From: Verrucomicrobiota bacterium
Lineage (GTDB): Bacteria; Verrucomicrobiota; Verrucomicrobiia; Opitutales; Cerasicoccaceae
Assembly (NCBI GenBank): GCA_039818205.1
Contig: JBCBUK010000006.1
Location: 64,001 to 128,000 of the forward strand
Direction of reading: 5' to 3'
DNA: 64,000 bases
In this document: one piece after another, positions 11,564 through 20,694 of the stretch
How the letters are laid out: every line of letters begins with the position of its first letter
How positions within the stretch are numbered: position 1 is the stretch's first letter
The notes under the pieces: generated by a model
What the model was told of the DNA's origin: nothing
The model's database searches: none
What the model saw: only the letters and a program-made list of their open reading frames with translations
Made by a program: the position numbers and the translations under genes

Positions 11564-12023
11564 GCGAGGGAGGCTTTCGATAGTGCTCGATCTTTGCCCG
11601 CAGTTGATCATACCGGGTCTGGTCGATGTTACCTTGCTTACGCCGATCTTCGAGTCCGATGAGCATATCGGACTCAGATAGGTGGCACCAGTCCCACGCC
11701 ATCATCTCAAAATTGTACCATCCGGCGGTCTCCCAGGCGATCATCCGCATTTCCTGGATGTCTTCCCGTTGGTAGCCACGCGCGAGCAGCTCCTTGATAT
11801 GTCGACCGTAGTAAGGCGGTTCGTGATCCGTATCCAATACCTCCTCGAGAATGCATTCCCAGGAATCAAGATTGGGTAGTGGCTCAATGCTTGCCTGTTG
11901 TTGCGGAGACCGAGAATCAAACCAAGCCAGCCCATCAAGCAGACGTCCGCTAGACTGAACGTCTTTTAAAAAGCTCTTGGTCAAAAAAACAGGCATTTTG
12001 TCATCATAGATGACAAGCCGCAC
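11517..12023 (-). CDS. Hypothetical protein (start uncertain)
   Basis: Fills an otherwise empty interval; Trp-rich globular-looking sequence; 47-bp convergent overlap with the neighbour. Confidence 0.5.
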   Translation of the reverse strand: MRLVIYDDKMPVFLTKSFLKDVQSSGRLLDGLAWFDSRSPQQQASIEPLPNLDSWECILEEVLDTDHEPPYYGRHIKELLARGYQREDIQEMRMIAWETAGWYNFEMMAWDWCHLSESDMLIGLEDRRKQGNIDQTRYDQLRAKIEHYRKPPSPTVSTSQRRESTTGG

Positions 12024-12061
12024 CTAGTCCAATAATTCTTCGCCTACGAGCAGGAGGTTGG

Positions 12062-13639
12062 TCAATCCCCGCCAGGTTCCGTCGCAACTTTCTTCACGGC
12101 CTTTTTAGCTGCTTTCTTGGCGGCCTTCTTGGTCGCCTTTTTTGCTGCTTTCTTGGTGGCCTTCTTAGCGGCTTTTTTGGCCGCCTTCTTCGTTGCCTTC
12201 TTAGCGGCCTTTTTGGCCACCTTCTTCTTTGGCTTCGGTGTCTCCGCTGAGACAGCCGATTCCGTAGCAACTGGCTTTGGTTCTGCCGTCTTCTCTGATT
12301 TTACGGATTCAGTGGCAGATTTTTGCGGAGAGGGGTGAGGCTTTTCGGCATCGGAACGTGGCTTGGAATCTCTTCGTGCTGGCGCGGTTTCGGTCGGTTT
12401 CGCTGGTCGCTCATCCGACGGCCGGGTGTCTTGGTCACGCTGCGGAGGACGATCCCCTTGCTGTGCGTTACCCTCGCGTGGTGCACCGTCTTGGGGTGGG
12501 CGTTGACCCTGACCGTCGCGATCGCGACGGTTGCGACCACCGCGGCGGCGGCGACGGCGACGCTTCTTGTTACCATCTCCATCTTCGCCTTGGTTTTGAT
12601 CGCGGCTCTGGTCCCGGTTCTGGTCCCCGTCTTGACGTTGGCGCTGTGGTTGGCGGTCGCCGTCTTTTTCGCGTCGGCCATCTCTTGGCTGCTTCCGATC
12701 ACGCTTGCGCTGGAGGTCCCGTTTGACCTCTTCTTTGCGCTTGTTGATTAAATTGCGAGACTCGGCAAGCATGCGATCGAGCTCATCATCGTCATCATCG
12801 TCGTCCCACTCGTCATCTTCATCGGGCGGCGGTGCATCAAATGGACGCTCCCGCGGCGGTGTTGGGATGGGTTCGGGCTCGACCGGGAAAAATTTGCGCT
12901 CGGGTAGCTGCACGCTATGAGAGGCTTTGACGAGTGGCGCCACACTGGCGGGAATTTTTGGCTCTTCCCGGGTTCCTTGCGGGCGGACCACGATTTCGCT
13001 GAGGCAATTGTTTTCCTTGTAGCGAAGAACGGTCTCCACGGCTTGAGCAAACAAAGGTGCTTCAATCGAGCTTTGTGGTTCCATGACCAGCCGCGATTGC
13101 GGATCTGGTTCGCCCGGGTTATACTCAGGATAGAGCGTACTCACTTTTACGCCCGTGTCTCGAACTTCATCATACAGCTTGCGGGCAAAAAAGTGCAACC
13201 CACCTTGGGTGGCGGCGTTGATAGCGCCGCTCGGCCCATGCCCGGTTCCATTCCAGGCTATGTTGATCACGTAGCCATGGTAGCGAATCAGACTGGGCAG
13301 GGCTAGCCGAGTGAGCACCAGCGGGCACAAGAGCTCCGTTTGCACGGTGTACTCGAGCGAATCCAGTGGCGAGGCTTCGAAACTATCTTCAGCTCGGTGT
13401 TGGGCCGCATTGACCAGGACCGAGACCATTGGGTCTCGCCCGTTGATCTGCTCCCAGGCACTTTCAAGTTCGGCCCGTGCAGTCAGGTCACAGGTGACTT
13501 GAACAAAATCAGGATGCTCAAAGGGGCATTGGTTAAAGTCTTGGGCGAAGCCGTAAACACGGAAGCCGAGGTCGATGAGTTTCCGGGCGATCTGCAGGCC
13601 TATGCCGCGTTCAGCGCCGGTGACGATTGCTATGTCCAT
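12062..13639 (-). CDS. SDR-fold protein lacking catalytic residues, fused to a long disordered acidic/Arg-rich/histone-like tail
   Basis: TGAERGIG Rossmann motif; YxxxK replaced by N141-AAT-Q145; tail with DDDDDDDE, KKRRRRRRRGGRNRR and (KKxx)12. Confidence 0.85.
   Translation of the reverse strand: MDIAIVTGAERGIGLQIARKLIDLGFRVYGFAQDFNQCPFEHPDFVQVTCDLTARAELESAWEQINGRDPMVSVLVNAAQHRAEDSFEASPLDSLEYTVQTELLCPLVLTRLALPSLIRYHGYVINIAWNGTGHGPSGAINAATQGGLHFFARKLYDEVRDTGVKVSTLYPEYNPGEPDPQSRLVMEPQSSIEAPLFAQAVETVLRYKENNCLSEIVVRPQGTREEPKIPASVAPLVKASHSVQLPERKFFPVEPEPIPTPPRERPFDAPPPDEDDEWDDDDDDDELDRMLAESRNLINKRKEEVKRDLQRKRDRKQPRDGRREKDGDRQPQRQRQDGDQNRDQSRDQNQGEDGDGNKKRRRRRRRGGRNRRDRDGQGQRPPQDGAPREGNAQQGDRPPQRDQDTRPSDERPAKPTETAPARRDSKPRSDAEKPHPSPQKSATESVKSEKTAEPKPVATESAVSAETPKPKKKVAKKAAKKATKKAAKKAAKKATKKAAKKATKKAAKKAAKKAVKKVATEPGGD
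12083..12226 (-). repeat. 12 x 12-bp coding repeat encoding KK[AV][ATV] (histone H1-like)
   Basis: KKVA KKAA KKAT KKAA KKAA KKAT KKAA KKAT KKAA KKAA KKAV KKVA. Confidence 0.95.
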
Positions 13640-14646
13640 ATCTGTAGTTTGTCCGCGGGGATAAATCGGGTCAGCTCAGTGCGTGCGAAATCAATCAGCA
13701 TTTCGCGTTCATTGTGCGGATGGGTGACAACTCCGTTCTCCCGGTGGTAGAAGCGGTAGGCCAAATCCGTATCGGGCCGATTTTTTTTCAAGCGGTTAAA
13801 GTATTCGGTATTGAGTCGGAATACACCCAAACTCACATCAACGACGTTGTTTGGAGGGATTCTCGCAAAGGTTTCAGTAAACAGTTCTCGGTAACTAGAC
13901 CGCCAATTAGCGTTGGGCAAGACCGGATCGAAACATAATCGAACGGGCCATCCAGCCTGACTTGCCAGCGAAAGCGCTTTTAACCGTTGGTTTACCGGGG
14001 CTGTATCCTGTTCATAACGCTCGATAATTTCTTGCGGTGACAAGGTCCAGGCCAGGACTGCTCGGGGATGCGGTTCCAGGTCCTGCAGTGCCGCCCAGTT
14101 GCCGCTCTTGGTCCGCATCTCGATGACTAGATCCGGCTGTTGCCGTGCAAATTCAATCCATTCCCGACAGTAGGGAAGGATACGCTCCGAGGCCAACAGG
14201 TCGCTTTCGTAGGAAATCGCCAATTCAAGCGGCTTGCTGGGATTACTTCGTTGGGAGAGGGCACGCTCGGCGGCTTCAAAATAGTCCTCCAGGTTGACGA
14301 ACGCGACGAGGTTGGCCGAGGTATACATCCCTTGGAGGAAGCAATAAGCGCAATTGTAGAGGCAGTTGAGCTGAAGGGTGGTGTAATGGAAGTTGGCCAC
14401 ATCACGTCCTTGCACATATTCGTTGGCAGGATAGAGGAAGTCCTGCTTTTTCCGGGCGAGGATGAGTGCCTTACTCTGCTTTTGACGCTGAAAGTCCTGT
14501 CCGGGGCGGTTGAAAACATCTCGGTAGTCCTCAATGTCAACGCGCTGCGCCGTCGGAAACCGCTGGAGGATCTGTTGGGCAAACGGATAGGCGTTGGCCC
14601 CGCGTTCGACGTAGATTCGGCTAAAGTGTTTGGCGGCCTGGCTCAT
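13630..14646 (-). CDS. Spore photoproduct lyase-like radical SAM protein
   Basis: CLYNCAYC, FVNLEDY, EMRTKS, WTLSP, GWPVRLCFDPV. Confidence 0.85.
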   Translation of the reverse strand: MSQAAKHFSRIYVERGANAYPFAQQILQRFPTAQRVDIEDYRDVFNRPGQDFQRQKQSKALILARKKQDFLYPANEYVQGRDVANFHYTTLQLNCLYNCAYCFLQGMYTSANLVAFVNLEDYFEAAERALSQRSNPSKPLELAISYESDLLASERILPYCREWIEFARQQPDLVIEMRTKSGNWAALQDLEPHPRAVLAWTLSPQEIIERYEQDTAPVNQRLKALSLASQAGWPVRLCFDPVLPNANWRSSYRELFTETFARIPPNNVVDVSLGVFRLNTEYFNRLKKNRPDTDLAYRFYHRENGVVTHPHNEREMLIDFARTELTRFIPADKLQIWT

Positions 14647-15509
14647 TCGACTCCCGGTTTGAGCGCGTCGCGCAAATGTTCCACCAGCGCGTTGCGCTCG
14701 CGTTTGTGGGCAGGCGGCGCAGCGATCACCGCTTCTAGGGCTGTTTGGGCCTCAGTTGTTGGCTGCCCCCGAAGCATAGCGGCGATCAACCAATCGTGTA
14801 CTTGGCTCGATTGAGCATCCGTAAGGCGGCACCGCTCCCGGAGAGCGTCAAAAGCAACCTGCAGTGCCGCATCGAGCCTTGGGCATGCGGTATTCTCCAT
14901 GGAGGCTGCCGCGGCAATGACCAACTCAATCGTCTCCAGTTGGTCCTTCAGGTGCGCTTGCAAGGCAGCTTTGTCGATCGGGCGGCCGTCGAGGTGATCA
15001 CTGACCAGCTTGATGACCTGCGCCCGGTGAATCGGCAGAAAGGCGCGTGCAGCCTCTAGGAAACCGGCCGCTTCCATGTCGACTAGATCAGTTTCGACTA
15101 CTCCTGGCTCAGGTTGAATCACGGGTCGACTATGCGTGCCTAGCGATCCTTCCGGCAATTCATGACGAAACAGAATCTCCGGGATGAATTCGCGTTGAGC
15201 GTCCACCGCACGAACCCGATTGACTAGCACCAACTCACCAATTGCTTGGTCACGATTGCGGCTGCCAGCAAAGCCCAGGTTGACCACGAGCGGCAAGGAT
15301 TGCTGCAGGCTTGCCCGATGAGTCAGAAGAGCCGCTGTCGCGGCTGCTGAGGCCGTCGGGCCCACTCCGGAGACGATCAATCCATAGGCGTCTCCCTGCC
15401 AGCGTTCAAAACGACCGAGATCGTCCATCCGCCGAAGCCCCCACCCGTCAATCAGCGGGCGAGCCTCAATGCTCAGAGCGGTGACGATCCAAATGTCCGG
15501 TTCATTCAT
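14643..15509 (-). CDS. Nucleoside phosphorylase / MTA-SAH nucleosidase-like protein
   Basis: TALSIEA, SGVGPTAS, NLGFAGS, VDMEAAG, KLVSD; ATGA overlap with the downstream gene. Confidence 0.8.
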   Translation of the reverse strand: MNEPDIWIVTALSIEARPLIDGWGLRRMDDLGRFERWQGDAYGLIVSGVGPTASAAATAALLTHRASLQQSLPLVVNLGFAGSRNRDQAIGELVLVNRVRAVDAQREFIPEILFRHELPEGSLGTHSRPVIQPEPGVVETDLVDMEAAGFLEAARAFLPIHRAQVIKLVSDHLDGRPIDKAALQAHLKDQLETIELVIAAAASMENTACPRLDAALQVAFDALRERCRLTDAQSSQVHDWLIAAMLRGQPTTEAQTALEAVIAAPPAHKRERNALVEHLRDALKPGVE

Positions 15510-15742
15510 GATCCTAAATTATGGACTCCTCTCAGTGCACTCATCAAGGTTGCATGTGGTGCATTGTTGGTGGCGATCATTGATGATTCTGCGAAGCGTG
15601 GGGAACGATTGGAATAATATTTCCGGTTTGGTCCTTAGATGGCTCCCATATCAGGTGAATTTTGCAGTGCTGGTGCCTGCGCTAGTCTCTTCCTCAAATT
15701 AAAAACGATTGTAACTAAAAATATCCTAGTTAGGTTAACATT

Positions 15743-16168
15743 ATGAGATTCCTAACACTTTTACTTGGATTAGTACATTTTTGCACCCTTGGCTTTGCCC
15801 AGGACTCGTCGGAACCGAGAGATGGCGACGTCAAAGTTTCGCGAGAACCCGTTGTATCCGTAGAGGATGGAGAAAACGCGCCAAGGCGGGTGATTCGCCA
15901 GCGCGTCGACTCCAAGGAGGTTATTTTGAGTCGCGGAGACAACAGGAATCCCTTGGTGGTCGACGAGAGGCCACCTTTGGTCATCGGCAAACCAGTCGCG
16001 ATCTACAAGAAGACCGAGCTTCCATTGTCCATTGCTGGGTTTGGATTGGGGAAGGGGTCGCGTTTTACGCTGCTAGACGCACAAGGAGACTGGATTCGCG
16101 TGCAAGGAAAAGACCGTTCGGCCTGGATAAACACCAATGACTTTATCATCATCCAAGAATTGGAATAG
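15743..16168 (+). CDS. Hypothetical secreted protein, possible SH3-like C-terminus
   Basis: Signal peptide; LLDAQGDWIRV...AWI resembles a bacterial SH3 ending. Confidence 0.6.
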   Translation: MRFLTLLLGLVHFCTLGFAQDSSEPRDGDVKVSREPVVSVEDGENAPRRVIRQRVDSKEVILSRGDNRNPLVVDERPPLVIGKPVAIYKKTELPLSIAGFGLGKGSRFTLLDAQGDWIRVQGKDRSAWINTNDFIIIQELE

Positions 16169-16317
16169 CTCCAATTTGATGAGGAGCGGCATCGTTCGCC
16201 GGGTAGCGCTGATAAAAAGATCGCTCTGAGGAGCATCATTTTTACTTTAGGAATCGAATGCACTGCTAGGCCATTCCCAGTGCGGCCAATGTCGGCCATC
16301 GGTAACTGAATGCGCAT

Positions 16318-17022
16318 ATGAACTCGGTCATTATATATTCGGGCGGTCTCGATTCCTCCGTCCTGCTCCACCAGCTGCATCAGGCTGGGGGCGAGCTCGC
16401 CGCGATGAGCATTAACTACGGGCAGCGCCATGCCCGCGAAATTGAATGCGCGAAACGCAATTGTAGCCGCTTGGGCATCGAACACCGCGAAGTGGACCTC
16501 CGGCAGATTGCGCCATTGCTTGGTCACAATAGCCTCACCGATGCGAGTGTGGCCGTGCCCAAGGGCCACTACACCGAGGATACGATGAAGGCGACGGTGG
16601 TCCCAAACCGGAATATGATCATGCTGTCGATTGCCACTGGCTGGGCAATTGCGCGCTCGGCCGATTGCGTTGCCTACGCGGCACATTCGGGCGATCACGC
16701 CATTTATCCCGATTGCCGGACTGAGTTTGCGGACGCCCTGGACGCCGCCATTCGCCTGGCGGACTGGAAAGAAGTTTCACTCTACCGACCGTTTGTCGAA
16801 ATGACGAAAGCCGATATCGTGCGCCGGGGGGCCGAGCTCAACGTGCCCTTTGAAGACACTTGGTCCTGCTACGAGGGGGGTGAGCTGCACTGTGGACGCT
16901 GCGGCACCTGCATCGAGCGTCGAGAGGCGTTTTACCTGGCTGGTGTGGACGACCCAACGCGCTATGAAGATGCTGCTCCGTCGGTCGAAGAATTACTAGC
17001 CAACGATTGGAGGCTCTCATGA
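16318..17022 (+). CDS. queC: 7-cyano-7-deazaguanine synthase
   Basis: SGGLDS, NYGQRH, VPNRN, YPDCR, TWSCY...CGRCGTC. Confidence 0.97.
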   Translation: MNSVIIYSGGLDSSVLLHQLHQAGGELAAMSINYGQRHAREIECAKRNCSRLGIEHREVDLRQIAPLLGHNSLTDASVAVPKGHYTEDTMKATVVPNRNMIMLSIATGWAIARSADCVAYAAHSGDHAIYPDCRTEFADALDAAIRLADWKEVSLYRPFVEMTKADIVRRGAELNVPFEDTWSCYEGGELHCGRCGTCIERREAFYLAGVDDPTRYEDAAPSVEELLANDWRLS

Positions 17023-17450
17023 TCACCTGCCGCAAAACCTACACCGACGTTCCCTTTGCTCACCGACAGCCAGACCATGATGGCCATTGCCGCTTCGTGC
17101 ACGGCCATAATTGGACAATCACCGTGACCTTTGCATGTCGTGAACGTGATCAGAATGGCTTCGTGATCGACTACGGTAAGCTGGGCTTTCTCAAGGCCTG
17201 GATCGAAGAAAACCTCGATCATGCCTGCGTTTTCCGTGAGGATGACCCGCTGATGGACGCCCTGGTGTCATCGGCGCCGGAAGCCTGGAAGGTCTATGTC
17301 GTCAAGGATTGTTCCAATGAGGGACTGGCAATGCACGTCTTCGACGTCTTCGACCAACTGGTACGGAAAGAGTCCGCCGACCGGGCGTGGGTCGTTTCGG
17401 TGGACATCAAGGAAGACAGTAAAAATGGCGCGTGCTATCAGCCCGACTAG
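17019..17450 (+). CDS. queD: 6-carboxy-5,6,7,8-tetrahydropterin synthase
   Basis: AHR...[21 protein letters not shown] overlap with queC. Confidence 0.92.
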   Translation: MITCRKTYTDVPFAHRQPDHDGHCRFVHGHNWTITVTFACRERDQNGFVIDYGKLGFLKAWIEENLDHACVFREDDPLMDALVSSAPEAWKVYVVKDCSNEGLAMHVFDVFDQLVRKESADRAWVVSVDIKEDSKNGACYQPD

Positions 17451-17456
17451 GAAAGG

Positions 17457-17954
17457 CTACGCCGAGCGGGCGTTGTGATCTTGCTTTTGCTCAAGCTCCA
17501 CCCGGAGCACTTCCAGCTCTTGTGCTTTGACCATGAGTGCTTCCTCCGACTCTTGGAGGTATAGTTCGCGCTCCTCAAACTCGGCCTTACGCGTATCGAT
17601 GGTTTCTAGGAAAGTGACGTACTCGCGCAAAATTTCAGTGATCCGATGGGTGTCTGCAAGGTCCTCTTTCAGCGCGGCGACTTCGTCCATCATGTGTTGG
17701 ATGGGGCCAGCAGGCTTCAGCGGGTTGCTGGCGTCTTCGTCCTCTTCTTCGGTCAGCAATGACCACGGCGCACCGTCAACGTCGGCATGATCCTGATGGA
17801 GGACACAGATCTCCCAATCCGGGTAACGTTCTTGGAGGTCACGGATGCCAGCGGTGGATTGTGGCTCATCCAATACGTTGTCACCCACTGCTACCCAGAA
17901 CAGATCCTTTTTCTTCGCAGCCTTTACGAATTTTTTGAGCTGAGTTAATGTCAT
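17457..17954 (-). CDS. Hypothetical protein with C-terminal EERE-SEE-EL-ELEQ coiled-coil motif
   Basis: 165-aa ORF; motif shared with 43262-43858. Confidence 0.7.
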   Translation of the reverse strand: MTLTQLKKFVKAAKKKDLFWVAVGDNVLDEPQSTAGIRDLQERYPDWEICVLHQDHADVDGAPWSLLTEEEDEDASNPLKPAGPIQHMMDEVAALKEDLADTHRITEILREYVTFLETIDTRKAEFEERELYLQESEEALMVKAQELEVLRVELEQKQDHNARSA

Positions 17955-18016
17955 GGTTCGGGCGGCGTTAAAGCGTCGGCGACATATTATTTGATTGAGA
18001 TTTTTCCCCCATGTAA

Positions 18017-18030
18017 AGCATATATATGCT
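18017..18030. promoter_or_regulatory. Perfect 14-bp palindrome between divergent genes
   Basis: AGCATATATATGCT. Confidence 0.3.
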
Positions 18031-18048
18031 CCATTTGGTAAGTTTTGT

Positions 18049-18672
18049 ATGCAATATCCCGTTTCAGAACATTTTGCATCCTTCCAAGGTGAAGGTATGC
18101 ATTTAGGTCGTTCATCCTATTTCATTCGGCTGTTTGGGTGTCCAGTTAAGTGCCCGTGGTGCGATTCTGCTGAAACTTGGCACCCTGATTTCAAGCCAAA
18201 AAGCGTTCCGCGCATGTCGGTAGAGGAATTGGCGACATTAGCAAACGCCGCCCAACCAGAGTTCGTTGTGATCACTGGCGGCGAGCCTGCCATTCATCGT
18301 TTGGAGCCACTGGTAGACGCATTTCACGGGGTCGGATTGCCAGTACACATCGAGACTAGCGGGACGTTTGCCATCCCCGAGAGTATCGATTGGGTAACCG
18401 TCAGCCCAAAGGTCTATCGAGATCCGCTGCCCGAACTCATTGAACGCGCCGACGAACTAAAACTCATTGTCGAGAATCCCGACTCAATAAAATATTGGGA
18501 AGACAAACTGGGGGACGGACTTCTGCGCGCCGATCGACCCGTGTGGCTTCATCCAGAGTGGTCACTGAGGGGTGAATTGAAGACCCTAAAGTTGATAGCC
18601 GATACCGTTAGTGGGCGCGGGGCACCTTTTCGGGCAGGCTGGCAACTGCACAAACTCTACCAGGTCCGGTAG
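18049..18672 (+). CDS. queE: 7-carboxy-7-deazaguanine synthase (radical SAM)
   Basis: FASFQGEG, FIRLFGCPVKCPWCDS, TGGEP, ETSG, VSPK, QLHK. Confidence 0.95.
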   Translation: MQYPVSEHFASFQGEGMHLGRSSYFIRLFGCPVKCPWCDSAETWHPDFKPKSVPRMSVEELATLANAAQPEFVVITGGEPAIHRLEPLVDAFHGVGLPVHIETSGTFAIPESIDWVTVSPKVYRDPLPELIERADELKLIVENPDSIKYWEDKLGDGLLRADRPVWLHPEWSLRGELKTLKLIADTVSGRGAPFRAGWQLHKLYQVR

Positions 18673-18713
18673 AATTTGGTTAAATTAGGGTCTTTCCCTT
18701 TACGGGATTTTAA

Positions 18714-19085
18714 CTAGGCGAAATAGGGGGGGATTGGCCCTTCGTAGTCGTCTTGTGCATTCTCAGCGGTGAGGGTTGACCGAATGCCGCCGCGTCCGGT
18801 CCAAATCGTCTCAAGCCGCATCCAGCGCGGGTTTAAGAGCCCCCAAAGCTCGTCGAAAATGGCATTTGTCACGGCTTCGTAGAAGATGCCGCGATTGCGA
18901 AAATCCTGGAGATAGAGCTTGTAGGCCTTGAGCTCGACGCAGGATGCGCTGGGAACGTAGGTGAGCGCAATGGTCGCGAAATCGGGATGGCCGGTCTTCG
19001 GGCAAAGCGAGGTAAATTCCTCGGCAATGTGCTGGATGACGTAGTCGCGGCCTGGGTTTGGGTTGGGAAAAGTCTCAATTTCCAT
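18714..19085 (-). CDS. queF: preQ0 reductase (type I)
   Basis: EFTSLCPKTGHPDFA, ELKAYKLY, RGGI. Confidence 0.95.
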   Translation of the reverse strand: MEIETFPNPNPGRDYVIQHIAEEFTSLCPKTGHPDFATIALTYVPSASCVELKAYKLYLQDFRNRGIFYEAVTNAIFDELWGLLNPRWMRLETIWTGRGGIRSTLTAENAQDDYEGPIPPYFA

Positions 19086-19134
19086 GCGCAAGACTAGGTA
19101 CGCTTTCGGCGCGAATGCGAGCGGAAATCCCAGA

Positions 19135-19980
19135 TTAATCCGATTCGTTGCCGGGCTTGTCGATCGCCGGAGAAAATATCTCGGGCGGGAAGGATTCGAC
19201 TATCTCAACGGATTCTACCCGGAGTTCGGATTCGGGTTCTCCGGTGCGGAAATGCTTCACGTAATGCGCGATCTGGAGGCCGTCGATGTTGCGGAAATCG
19301 CTTAGCTCCGCTGTCGTGATCTTCACGTCGTTGCCGGAAAAATCGGTTTTGACCTCGCGTTCGATCAGCGCGGTTTCCGGATTTAGCCAGTACCGGATCA
19401 ACCCGCCGTCGGGGAGCTGTGCCTGGATCCCGATTAGGTCGCCAGGCTTCGTGTCTGAGCTTCCGGCCAAAGATAACTGCACGGGTTCGCGCTCCCGCTC
19501 AACGAGGTAGTTGAACATGATTGCATCGCGCTGCATCGTTTTTGACGGGCCGGGCGCCATCCACTCTGCATTTTCGGCATCAAATCCTGCGGGGAGCAGC
19601 CATCCCCGGCTGCCGTCAAAGCCTTGGACCATCAGGCCATTGGGGGTGGAAAGCTCCAGGCGGAAGTAATGCGGGCGCATCTTCTTCACGACGAACGGAT
19701 AGCTCTGCCCGTCGAGAGTGTAATTACCGCTTAGCGTTAGAGCCGTGACTTCCTCGGCATTGCGACCGCCCATTGTGGCCTGGGTATGTTTTTCCACGAG
19801 GGCATCGAGGGCTTCGCTGAATTCGCCTTCGAGACTCGCCCAGTTTTGCTCCTCGACTTCGATCGCATCCTCGAAGGCAGTCAGATCTCCAGGGACATAC
19901 ACGCTCAACGCGCTAAGCTGCACAGCGGCAGCGATGGCGATGTGGAGGGTCCAGGAGGCGGTTGTCAGCAACGAAGGCAT
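19135..19980 (-). CDS. Periplasmic LolA-like / outer-membrane lipoprotein-sorting-like protein
   Basis: RPHYFRLE, QGFDGSRGW, YWLNPETALI, SDFRNIDG pattern. Confidence 0.55.
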   Translation of the reverse strand: MPSLLTTASWTLHIAIAAAVQLSALSVYVPGDLTAFEDAIEVEEQNWASLEGEFSEALDALVEKHTQATMGGRNAEEVTALTLSGNYTLDGQSYPFVVKKMRPHYFRLELSTPNGLMVQGFDGSRGWLLPAGFDAENAEWMAPGPSKTMQRDAIMFNYLVEREREPVQLSLAGSSDTKPGDLIGIQAQLPDGGLIRYWLNPETALIEREVKTDFSGNDVKITTAELSDFRNIDGLQIAHYVKHFRTGEPESELRVESVEIVESFPPEIFSPAIDKPGNESD

Positions 19981-19990
19981 CGTTCGAGCT

Positions 19991-20023
19991 AATAAAAAGC
20001 CTTCCCCGCAAGCAGGGAAGGCT
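19991..20023 (-). terminator. Intrinsic terminator after the PEP-CTERM gene
   Basis: Minus strand AGCCTTCCCTGC-TT-GCGGGGAAGGCT-TTTTATT. Confidence 0.85.
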
Positions 20024-20047
20024 GAAAAGAAATTATATGTCTCCAGA

Positions 20048-20665
20048 CTAGCTGCGACGACGCTTGCGAGCGACGTAGAGCATAGCGCTCAAGCCGAACA
20101 ATGCTGCGTAGAAGCTCGGCTCTGGAACGGCAGCTACGGTAAAGCCAGCTGTGAGTGGCGAGATTGCGAGCGGACGGACATTAACTCCTACACCAGATGA
20201 TGGGACAGTCATGTTAGCTCCACCATCGCCCGCCAGCCCATATATCGAGCCCGTATTCGCGTTTCCCTCTGGAAACCAAATTCCACGAAATTCTTGGCCT
20301 TCGGAAATGTTTGTCAGAGCAATATCGGAAACAATATTAATCGCACCTGCGATAGGAGGACCGAGATTCTCCGTTTGCGGAGGGGTTTGTGCAGCACCCT
20401 GGGTGCCGCCGTAGACGAACCAATCGTTAGTGACACCGCTAGCGGTAGAGAGGAACTGGCCATTCGTCGTAATATCCCATGTGATGTAGCTGTCGGTTTC
20501 AAATCCGTCACCACCAGTATCGACCAAAAAACCAAATGGCATACCGTTAGTGGCTACTCCGGCTCCATTCTCGAGACCAGCGCGTTGAACATTGAAAGAG
20601 ACCTGGGCGTTCAAGGAAAAGCCCGCGCCCGCTACCGTACAAATTAATAGAATCTTCTTAATCAT
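20048..20665 (-). CDS. PEP-CTERM sorting domain protein
   Basis: Signal peptide; VPEPS + TM helix + RKRRR. Confidence 0.93.
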   Translation of the reverse strand: MIKKILLICTVAGAGFSLNAQVSFNVQRAGLENGAGVATNGMPFGFLVDTGGDGFETDSYITWDITTNGQFLSTASGVTNDWFVYGGTQGAAQTPPQTENLGPPIAGAINIVSDIALTNISEGQEFRGIWFPEGNANTGSIYGLAGDGGANMTVPSSGVGVNVRPLAISPLTAGFTVAAVPEPSFYAALFGLSAMLYVARKRRRS

Positions 20666-20694
20666 TGCAGCAGAATATAAGTGAGAGAAATGCA

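Noticed and set aside
12083..12226. Periodic repeats as CRISPR or non-coding VNTR
   Set aside because: In-frame 12-bp units with synonymous variation and no spacers; a protein repeat
16169..16317. Possible preQ1 riboswitch before queC
   Set aside because: A short hairpin and an A-tract exist, but I cannot build the preQ1-I pseudoknot; an Rfam scan would be decisive
16318..19085. Dpd-type 7-deazaguanine DNA modification/defence island
   Set aside because: No dpdA/tgt-like or other dpd genes in the window; queF presence fits tRNA queuosine synthesis
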